63,908 nt of DNA. Origin: a virus. Its lineage: Duplodnaviria; Heunggongvirae; Uroviricota; Caudoviricetes. The notes under the pieces were generated by a model. That model ran no database searches, was not told the DNA's origin, and saw only the letters and a program-made list of their open reading frames with translations. This document shows positions 56,405 through 63,908 of the stretch, one piece after another (positions within the stretch are counted from its first letter, which is position 1; every line of letters begins with the position of its first letter). The stretch lies in IMG/VR virus record IMGVR_UViG_3300029509_000119, positions 1 through 63,908 of that record; one strand, written 5' to 3'. A program made the position numbers and the translations under genes.

Positions 56405-56556
56405 ATTTTCGTATTTTTCCTGCATTCGCTGCCTTGCTTAAATATTGCAACACATCCAACCTTGTGCTATAGTGGGTTTGCCCACATCAAATAGTAGCGT
56501 TCGCCTACCCCGCATGAGAGAATCGAACACAGAAAACTAAAGGAGCAGCCGACACG

Positions 56557-57618
56557 ATGGAAAAGAACGAAGACTTTGAGGAGACCCAGACCATCTCCCC
56601 ACTTGACTTGGATGAGGAAAACGAGAACAAGAAGAAAAAGCCAAGCAAAAAGACAATCATCATCGCCAGCACCATCGCGGCAATCGTAGTCCTCGCTGGT
56701 GTTGGTGGCTACGCGTATGCGTCGAACAGTGCGTATGATTCCTACGCGTCCCGGGTTGAGTCGGCCAAGGAGTCTGATTCGAAGCTTGTGAAGAAGATTG
56801 CGGAAGCGCGATCCCTTGTCAAGGCCACGAAGGAGTCGGACGTGCTTGACAAGGCTGTGTTGGACTCGTTGAGCAAGAGCCTTAAGGTTGGGGAATCCCG
56901 GAAGGGCGTTCCCGTTTCAGCGCATGCCGCCAAGTGGAATCTGTGGAGCGTATCCAAGGCCAAAGCCATCGTCTCCAATGACATGACCGAAGCCAACGAT
57001 TCCATTAATGCCATCGGCAAGGCCATGGGCAAGGTGGAGTCGTCCAAGACCGCCAAGCAGGTCAAGGATGCGAAGGATGCTCTCGACAAGACGGTGGAGT
57101 CGGCCGAAAGCCTGTATAAGGATTCCGAAGGCAAGGTGCAGGACGACAAGACCCGTGAAAGCCTGAAAACCGCCATCGACAACGCCAAGAAGACCAGTGG
57201 CGACAAGAAGGCTGACGTGAAATCGTTGACCGCCGCCAATGATACGCTCTCCAAGGCCGTAAAAGCCGTGAACGATTCCAAGAACGCCAAGGCTCAGGCC
57301 GACGCGCAAAATCAGGCTCAGGAACAGGCGCAACAGGCTCAGTCTGTAGGCACCCCGTCAGGCGGTTATTCCAGCTACGCCTATCCGAACGTAGGCGGCT
57401 CGTATTCCGGAAGGACAAGCCAGTCCGCCCCATCGTATTCGAACACCGGCTCCCCTTCAGGAGGTTCCACCAGCAGTGGAGCATCTACTGGTGGCACTTG
57501 GGATTGGAAGAATGCTAAGGACTCTGTGGGGGGAGGATTTTCCCCAATAACCAAAGACAATGTTAACGATGATGGGTCTGCCACTGGAGGTGGTGATTCC
57601 CATGGAAATATGTGGTGA
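56557..57618 (+). CDS. Membrane-anchored coiled-coil protein with Ser/Gly-rich tail
   Basis: KKK+TM anchor, helical repeats, low-complexity C-terminus. Confidence 0.85.
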   Translation: MEKNEDFEETQTISPLDLDEENENKKKKPSKKTIIIASTIAAIVVLAGVGGYAYASNSAYDSYASRVESAKESDSKLVKKIAEARSLVKATKESDVLDKAVLDSLSKSLKVGESRKGVPVSAHAAKWNLWSVSKAKAIVSNDMTEANDSINAIGKAMGKVESSKTAKQVKDAKDALDKTVESAESLYKDSEGKVQDDKTRESLKTAIDNAKKTSGDKKADVKSLTAANDTLSKAVKAVNDSKNAKAQADAQNQAQEQAQQAQSVGTPSGGYSSYAYPNVGGSYSGRTSQSAPSYSNTGSPSGGSTSSGASTGGTWDWKNAKDSVGGGFSPITKDNVNDDGSATGGGDSHGNMW

Positions 57619-57697
57619 TAGTCATTTGGACTCCTTTAAGAACTTCTTTATGTGAACGATTCCAGTATACCATGTGAAAACGTGTGACACGCCACCC

Positions 57698-58528
57698 CTA
57701 AACCACTTCCACGCGGCTTGCGTCAACCTTGGCAAGAACCTCCTGTTCACCATCGTCGGCGTAGGCCGCCAATATTTCTTCGGGTTTGAGGACGGTTGAA
57801 TATACGGTTCCTTCCTTGCCGAATCGTTCCGCGAACTTTTGGGCAACGTTCAGGCTGGTCGTCCAACTCAAACCAAAATGCACGCTCTTGTCGATTTCGC
57901 CCCTATACACTGTTATGGGCTTGTCGAACGTCCTCTCCAACGACCCCTCTCCCCCAGCGCAAGGCTTGGTCTGCCGGAGCAGTCTGACCAGATGCCTGTC
58001 GAATTGGCGCGTGGGATACTCCTCGTTCTTTCTGACATTCAACGCCGTCAAGCGCTGGTACTGCCCGTCTGCCAGTTCCTTCCACGGGACGAGCTGGTAG
58101 GCGAGTTCCATCAGGGCTGTCGGCGCTAACATCACGGCATGTTCTATCTGCTGTTTGGCTTCGTCTATTCTGCCTTGCCGTATGAGGGTTTTCGTGGGTG
58201 TGGCTTCACTCCATCTGCAAACGTATTGTTTGACCATGTGATACATGGTGTCGTTCTCGTTTGAGAGGATTTCGAATATGAGGGGTTGGGCGCTTGCGGT
58301 TTCTCCCGTGTCTGTGTTGAGCAGTACGAGTCCGTCTAATCCTGTTGAGAGGTATAGATATGGGCGGATGTTCGGATGATTGTTGAGAAGTTGTTGAATT
58401 TGCTTCCATTCGAGTGGGAGGCTGAATCTTTTGTCTCGAAGAGTGTCGATGGTCTGCCAGTCTTTTTGCGTGGCTGTTTCGGCTTTGATGAGGCCGTGTT
58501 GGATGAGGATTGTTGTTTGGCTTGTCAT
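57698..58528 (-). CDS. Protein with C-terminal ADP-ribosyltransferase-like domain
   Basis: ITVYRG..GLSWTTS..VA.KFA..EQEV (R-S-E pattern); motif promoter at 58545-58563. Confidence 0.6.
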   Translation of the reverse strand: MTSQTTILIQHGLIKAETATQKDWQTIDTLRDKRFSLPLEWKQIQQLLNNHPNIRPYLYLSTGLDGLVLLNTDTGETASAQPLIFEILSNENDTMYHMVKQYVCRWSEATPTKTLIRQGRIDEAKQQIEHAVMLAPTALMELAYQLVPWKELADGQYQRLTALNVRKNEEYPTRQFDRHLVRLLRQTKPCAGGEGSLERTFDKPITVYRGEIDKSVHFGLSWTTSLNVAQKFAERFGKEGTVYSTVLKPEEILAAYADDGEQEVLAKVDASRVEVV

Positions 58529-58628
58529 TCCCAATCTCCTTTTGTGTGAACAATCCCAGTATATCAATTAGTGGTGGAGACACGCCCACCCAAACAAAAA
58601 GGCGCGGGAACAAACCCGCGCCGCACTT

Positions 58629-59906
58629 CTACTTCTTAAGCTGTTTCTTAAACATGTCCAACCAATCCAACGGAATGTTCTGCACCGAATCCAAGCCGAC
58701 GGCGTTCACACGTCGAACCAGTTCCTCCGGCGTCACACAAGGAATATTCCCCGGCCACATGACGCCATTCACATCCGGCACGCCCTTATCGGAGGTTGGC
58801 ACCATGCAGACCAGCCACTCAGCCACAACCGCCCTGCCATTCAATCTTGCCGACCAGTTGGTTCTCTGCCAATCCATATTGGATGACAGTTGCAGGTCAG
58901 GGCGACCGTCCACACCCTTCTCGAAAGCTCGTTGGCTGATACAGATTCGTACCAGCTGGTCGTCGGCAATATTACGGTACGCGGTATCAGAACCGCCCTT
59001 GTAGTTCTTCGCGTCCACAAACCAGATATAGGTCATTCCATCCACGCCCTGTCCGACAATCACGCAGTCGATGTCCGCACTAGTCTCCCGCTGTCCCGCA
59101 TCAAGGCCACGCAACGACCAGAAGGACAACACGTTTGGACAATTTCCTGCAATCATGCTGGCGAGCACCTGTTCGCCCTTCTGTCCCGACTGAATCTCAT
59201 TCGTAGAGAAGTCCGATTGAGACAGTCCGCCACCCGGATTTCCGTATAGACGGAATTGGCTTCTAGCCTGCTGAATGTCGTCTGGATTCATGGTGTTCCA
59301 TAATGGGTCCGGTTGACCGCCGTTGTCATCGTCCACAAGCTTGTAACCGTGATAGTTCGGATGGCCTTCCTCGGCTTTCGCCATATCAAGGCTGTCACCC
59401 ATTTGGAGGATGGTTCGTTCAACCTGTTCCGCATTCCGTTGACGTTCGGTCTGCCGGTCAATTTCCCTTAGTGTCCGGTTGACGTCATTGCTGTTGATGA
59501 TGGCTTTAGTAAGATTGCCCGCCTGCTCCTGCTTCCGTTTCTCTTCAGGTGTGGGCGGAAGATTGCTATACGCGGAGTAAGCGAGAAACGACCCGATTGC
59601 GATACGTAGGACACTGAGTAAAAAGTTGATGAGAGACGGGAAGATTGTGTTGCGGACGGATTGAGCCATGAACTTATATTCGAAATATTTAGTCACGTCC
59701 TTGTTGAATATGTCACTCAAGCCTCCGAAAATGTTCTTCAATCCGTAGAACAGCAATATTCCGCAAAGAACACCCCAAACATTGGACGTGTCCTTCTGGT
59801 TTCCGGTTCGTCGGGAGGACACGAACCATCCAGCCGCGGCGAACGCCACCAATGACAGCCATTGCAGTATTGATGATGGTACAAGTATCAGCAGTAGATA
59901 TTTCAC
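58629..59906 (-). CDS. Membrane protein with NERD-like nuclease domain
   Basis: Three TM segments; G.KGE..L, DIDCVI, VDAKNY. Confidence 0.8.
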   Translation of the reverse strand: MKYLLLILVPSSILQWLSLVAFAAAGWFVSSRRTGNQKDTSNVWGVLCGILLFYGLKNIFGGLSDIFNKDVTKYFEYKFMAQSVRNTIFPSLINFLLSVLRIAIGSFLAYSAYSNLPPTPEEKRKQEQAGNLTKAIINSNDVNRTLREIDRQTERQRNAEQVERTILQMGDSLDMAKAEEGHPNYHGYKLVDDDNGGQPDPLWNTMNPDDIQQARSQFRLYGNPGGGLSQSDFSTNEIQSGQKGEQVLASMIAGNCPNVLSFWSLRGLDAGQRETSADIDCVIVGQGVDGMTYIWFVDAKNYKGGSDTAYRNIADDQLVRICISQRAFEKGVDGRPDLQLSSNMDWQRTNWSARLNGRAVVAEWLVCMVPTSDKGVPDVNGVMWPGNIPCVTPEELVRRVNAVGLDSVQNIPLDWLDMFKKQLKK

Positions 59907-59963
59907 TTGGTTTTCCTTTCGGAGTGTGTTTCCTTTTAGAACAAAACATACTCCGAAAGGGTG

Positions 59964-60854
59964 TCAGCGTTTTCTCGTCGCTTCCGAAACGTACATGTCG
60001 ATAAGCTCACGTCCCCGTAGTTTTCCGACCCATTCTTGGGGGATGGACTCAAAACCGTAGATGGCTCCGGCCAAGGCTCCCGCGACACTGGCCGTGGTGT
60101 CCGTGTCTTCTCCGAGATTGACGGCTGCGAGCACGCAGTCCTGATAATTGTCGGTGTTGGACAGACACCAGAGTGCCGCGTTCAGAGTGTGGAGCACGAA
60201 ACCGTCTGATTTTACTTCCGTTCTTGGAATCGTCGGGTCGAATGGGAATCCCGAATCGGTTATCGTCTTATAAGGAGGGACATGGTTTAACAGTCTTTCG
60301 ATGATTCGCGCGTACTGCACGCACGCCGTCATGCTGATTTCGTGTGCGTGGGTGATGGCGCTGACCTGTCTGATTTCCTCGTCGGTCAAATGGTAGAAGG
60401 CGCATGGGGCCATCCGCATAAGCGAACCGTTGCCGTTATCATCCAGACCGTCGCAACCATGCCCCGACCTGATGGCCGTGGCGACGGTGATGCCGGAATC
60501 GAAGGTTTTTCCATCTGGCATGTACATCCCATGCTTCAGCCACATCTGGTATCGCATGAGCATGTCGGCAGTGTCAGGTTTGCCACCGCATTCGGTGAAG
60601 GAATCCAATGTGGCTAGGCTTAATGCGGTGTCGTCGCTCCAAGTTCCAGCTGGCTGATTATGCGTGCCATGCCCGACCATTCCCGTACAGGTGAATGTGT
60701 CTCTTTGTTGGAACTCGTAGGGTACGCCCAACGCGTCTCCGATGGCGAGACCGTACATGACGGCTTTGAGCTTGTCCTGTGCGATTGGGTGCGGGCTGAC
60801 TTTGACTGGTCCGCTTTCAAGCTTCCGGCTGTGAAGGAATTGGAATAGTCCCAT
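59964..60854 (-). CDS. ADP-ribosylglycohydrolase (DraG/ARH family)
   Basis: GDALG, WSDDT, GNGSLMR, ITH, GEDTDT. Confidence 0.93.
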   Translation of the reverse strand: MGLFQFLHSRKLESGPVKVSPHPIAQDKLKAVMYGLAIGDALGVPYEFQQRDTFTCTGMVGHGTHNQPAGTWSDDTALSLATLDSFTECGGKPDTADMLMRYQMWLKHGMYMPDGKTFDSGITVATAIRSGHGCDGLDDNGNGSLMRMAPCAFYHLTDEEIRQVSAITHAHEISMTACVQYARIIERLLNHVPPYKTITDSGFPFDPTIPRTEVKSDGFVLHTLNAALWCLSNTDNYQDCVLAAVNLGEDTDTTASVAGALAGAIYGFESIPQEWVGKLRGRELIDMYVSEATRKR

Positions 60855-60860
60855 TATTCT

Positions 60861-61730
60861 TTAGCCTTTCCTTTTTCCCGGCTCCCGTAGCAGGTCGTTC
60901 TCCTCGAACGCGGATTGCGCCTGTTCTTGGGTCGGGAACGAGTTTACGGTTCTTGTCCCGCATTTGGGACATCCGACCCGCCACCAGCATTCCCAGCTGG
61001 TCTTCCTGTGCGTGACCGGGTTTACGGCCTTGCGGTATTCGCCCTTGTGTCCGCATTTGGGGCACATGAGCGTCGTGTCGAACGCCTCCTCGGGATTCAG
61101 TTCCATACGCCGCAATGCGAGCTGGTTCGCTAGTTTCTCAACGGCGGGCGGGTTGAATCCAAGCTGTTCGACCTGTTCCGTGGTGTGGTCAGCCAACAAG
61201 TGGATGACCTCGTTGCGCAGTCCGGCCTGTGACCACGTCCACTCCGTTCCGTCCTCCAAGCTGCGGAACGGGTGAGGCCGCACCCACTCTCCCAACACGA
61301 AGGCGTCCAATGCGTCCTCTTCCGTGTCTCGGGGGAACATGAGCCGGGCGATGCAACGCCTGTTGGAACAGTGCGCCCAATACGGGCGGAAAAACGGGGA
61401 TGATTCGGGAACACCGGTGGAGTCCACGGGCTGAACGGCACCGTTCAGGAACGCGGTCGTGACACCACCGTCCGCAATACCGTATCCCTTACCGCACATG
61501 GGACACGGGTATTTCTCCTTGAGTACTTTCCTGTGTTCGCGTTCCACGGCTCGTTCGGCTTCTTCGACTGCTTTGCGTTGGGCGTTCTCCCGCAAGATGG
61601 GCGGGGCTATCCTGTTGATGGTGCTTTTCGGCAGTCTGGTACGCTCCGCCACTTCCTCCGGCGTCAAGCCTAATCGGAGTAGCTGTTTCGCGTTTTCACA
61701 GGCTTCACGCCAAGGGTCACGATATGCCAT
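60861..61730 (-). CDS. HTH plus two Lar-like zinc-binding domains
   Basis: PCPMCG..C..C..TEEDALDAF and CPKCG..RVGCPKCG..TQEQAQSAF. Confidence 0.55.
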   Translation of the reverse strand: MAYRDPWREACENAKQLLRLGLTPEEVAERTRLPKSTINRIAPPILRENAQRKAVEEAERAVEREHRKVLKEKYPCPMCGKGYGIADGGVTTAFLNGAVQPVDSTGVPESSPFFRPYWAHCSNRRCIARLMFPRDTEEDALDAFVLGEWVRPHPFRSLEDGTEWTWSQAGLRNEVIHLLADHTTEQVEQLGFNPPAVEKLANQLALRRMELNPEEAFDTTLMCPKCGHKGEYRKAVNPVTHRKTSWECWWRVGCPKCGTRTVNSFPTQEQAQSAFEENDLLREPGKRKG

Positions 61731-62128
61731 TGTTCTTCCCGTTCGGTCAAAGGCTTGTAATCGTATCCGTCGAGCAGTCTTTGCAGGTGTTCGGCGGCGC
61801 AGTCGAAGTCGTTCACCGCGCTGACCAACGCCTCCTTGCTGCTATCCGGCATGGATTCCAATACGTCGGAGAGCATGGCGGCGGAGTTGACAGCGTTGTC
61901 GGATGCGAGTGCGATGGCGTCCAAGTCGTCGGGGGACGGTGTGGAATCCTCTTCGGCGTGGATGGTTTCGTATTCGAATCCGGTTGGGGCGGCGGGCTGT
62001 TTCTCCGGCTGGAAGCCGTGGAGTTCGAGCCAGTGGTTGAACAGTTCTTCAGCTTCCTCTCGTCCGACGTTGTCGGGACGGTTCTGAACGAAGGTGTCGT
62101 GGATGAGTTTGGTGGTCACGTCGGTCAT
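61670..62128 (-). CDS. Acidic hypothetical protein
   Basis: AAGGA RBS; operon context. Confidence 0.7.
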   Translation of the reverse strand: MTDVTTKLIHDTFVQNRPDNVGREEAEELFNHWLELHGFQPEKQPAAPTGFEYETIHAEEDSTPSPDDLDAIALASDNAVNSAAMLSDVLESMPDSSKEALVSAVNDFDCAAEHLQRLLDGYDYKPLTEREEQWHIVTLGVKPVKTRNSYSD

Positions 62129-62131
62129 TGT

Positions 62132-62794
62132 CTAGTTTCCTTTTCTTGTCGGTGTTGTGGATTGTGGTGTTGTTTTCGGTAGAGAAGGAGGTAGTAATAC
62201 GGCAGTCTTCCAATCACGGAAGTCTTTCAACAGTGCGGAGAATGATGTGACGCCATCCTTGTTTCCGATGTTTTCGTCGGCGGTGAGCTGCGGATACTGG
62301 TCGGGGGTGTTGGAGATGGTTTTCACGTCATCGCAGTGTTTCCTCGCATACTCAATCGCGCGTTCCAGTGAAGCGCCTTTTGAGATGGCGTAGGTCAGTC
62401 CGCGTCGGAATCCCCATGCGGTGTTCGCGTCGGTGATGCCGTCCGCGTCTAGCATTCGGCTGATTTCGGCTGGCGACGGCACTTGGCTGAGCCGTTGGTG
62501 TCTGACCATCTGGTTGATGTCGTATGGGACTATCCAAGCGTCTCTGGACGAGTGGGTTTTGAAGAACTCGATGATGGCTTGGCGGGCTTCGTCGGCTTTG
62601 ACCGTATGGTCGATTTCGTTGATGAAATTGTCCACCTGCGTTTCGTCCAAAGGCTTGTTTCCGTAGTGGCTGTTGATTTGGGTCAGCAGGGCTATGGCGC
62701 ATGGACGCTCGTAGGCTCGGGGGTGATGTTGCTTCCCGTTCGAAGCGGGAGTGGGGGTCAATGTTTTCTGAATCGGCTGCTGTGGGGGCATCAT
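62132..62794 (-). CDS. Phage-like helicase loader/inhibitor-type protein
   Basis: ALL..I...Y...LDE..V..F....EARQAI.EFF...WI.P.DI pattern, downstream of an initiator-like gene. Confidence 0.45.
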   Translation of the reverse strand: MMPPQQPIQKTLTPTPASNGKQHHPRAYERPCAIALLTQINSHYGNKPLDETQVDNFINEIDHTVKADEARQAIIEFFKTHSSRDAWIVPYDINQMVRHQRLSQVPSPAEISRMLDADGITDANTAWGFRRGLTYAISKGASLERAIEYARKHCDDVKTISNTPDQYPQLTADENIGNKDGVTSFSALLKDFRDWKTAVLLPPSLPKTTPQSTTPTRKGN

Positions 62795-63876
62795 GCGTCC
62801 CATCCGGCTTGCGCGAGTGCTTCTTCCAGCATGCTCATGTTGTGTTCGTATCCTTCCTCGCTACGGGTCTTGCGTACGGCGTTCTGCCTATTCCTGTTGA
62901 ACTTGTCTGCGTTGAGGAGCCAGTTATCGAACGCGCGGTCGAAGTCCAAGTATTTCTTGCCGTTGGAATGGCTGTAGTTGTAGAACTTCTCCGCTTCCGT
63001 GTCTATGTCGATGTTCAGCTTCTCGGCTCGGTCGATGTGCTTCTGGTTGGGTTTCCAGTCTTTTGGCACCATTCGCTTGTAGCGGCGGACTTTCGGGGCT
63101 TCCTCCTCCGGAGTCGGAGGGGGCGCCTCCTCCGGTTGTTCGTCTTCGGGTTCCACGTCGATGGTGTCGTATTCGTCGGACTGTCCCCATACGGGGTCGG
63201 CTTCGGACATAGGCTCGTCCTCTTCGGTTTGGACGGCTTTCATGTCGGCCTCCTCCTTGTCCTTGCGGGCGTTTTCCTCGTCCTTTTCACGACGCCAGTG
63301 GAGCAGCTGTTGGACGAAAAGCCTGTCCGGGGGGAGCGGCGCGGCTTTGAATCCGTTGCCACGCTCCGTGTAGAGTCTGCTGTCGTACAGGCGACGGAAC
63401 ATGTCTGCCGCCCCTTCGACGGTCGTCTTGCTTCCGCCGCCCAAATCCTTGTACAGTTGCGCGGCTTCGGCGGTCGGAGTCCAGTCTTCCGGGAGCGGAT
63501 GCCAGAACCACAGCTGTTTCGGGATTTCATCCCATTGCACATACATGGGTCTGCCGTCGTCGTCGATGTCGATTGGGGCGGCGGAATCGTATTGGGGCAT
63601 GAGCGCCACCTGTTCCATGGTCATGGGTTCGCCGAAAGACGGTTCCATGGTTCCGTCCGCCAGTTCGACGGGTTCCGGCCTGTACTTGCGTGGACGGCCA
63701 CGACGACGCTTCGGCTTGTCCTCCCCTTCGGGCGGGAGGGGATGCTTGCGTGGGCGGCCACGACGCTTCTTGCCTGACTGCTCCTCCGGTTCGGCGGTTT
63801 TGGAGGATGTCGGGTTTTCGTCCTGCTCTTCGGCTGTCTTTGCCGTCCGGTTTTCAGGCCGCGACGCCGGAACCAT
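62791..63876 (-). CDS. Phage-like replication protein with two AT-hooks and tandem DnaT-like domains (5' end may lie outside the window)
   Basis: RRGRPRK twice; LPEDWTP and VPKDWKP..EKFYNY..DFDRAFDNWL; no upstream in-frame stop in the window. Confidence 0.6.
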   Translation of the reverse strand: MVPASRPENRTAKTAEEQDENPTSSKTAEPEEQSGKKRRGRPRKHPLPPEGEDKPKRRRGRPRKYRPEPVELADGTMEPSFGEPMTMEQVALMPQYDSAAPIDIDDDGRPMYVQWDEIPKQLWFWHPLPEDWTPTAEAAQLYKDLGGGSKTTVEGAADMFRRLYDSRLYTERGNGFKAAPLPPDRLFVQQLLHWRREKDEENARKDKEEADMKAVQTEEDEPMSEADPVWGQSDEYDTIDVEPEDEQPEEAPPPTPEEEAPKVRRYKRMVPKDWKPNQKHIDRAEKLNIDIDTEAEKFYNYSHSNGKKYLDFDRAFDNWLLNADKFNRNRQNAVRKTRSEEGYEHNMSMLEEALAQAGWDA

Positions 63877-63908
63877 CCCCGGTTCGTTAGCGGAAGCACG
63901 GACGTGCA

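Overview
This window most likely comes from a large actinobacterial conjugative plasmid, probably a Bifidobacterium megaplasmid. That is an inference from the iteron/RepA replicon, ssb, CHAP and NlpC/P60 hydrolases, class C and E sortases with LAxTG-anchored surface proteins, and many phage-like small genes. It contains a type II-C cas9-cas1-cas2 locus (array outside the window), a tRNA-Arg, a PrgA-like surface protein, two IS200/IS605 TnpB elements, an IS1595 transporter element carrying a restriction-modification pair, a pilus operon, two giant adhesins, a TA pair and an ART-like/NERD/ARH cluster. Three features stand out. (1) Upstream of cas9, a degenerate CRISPR-repeat-like sequence is fused in cis to a tracrRNA-like anti-repeat/nexus/terminator, i.e. 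a candidate natural single-guide RNA. Its guide has an 11-nt match in the 5' UTR of the surface-exclusion-like gene. (2) A fixed-spacing promoter motif, TATA(C/G)T-GG-N4-GTYCACA, occurs about 14 times and suggests a plasmid-wide regulon that also drives that RNA. (3) The IS1595 element carries an R-M system whose MTase promoter is flanked by three GACGTC sites. All family calls are from motif recognition by eye; no database searches were run.
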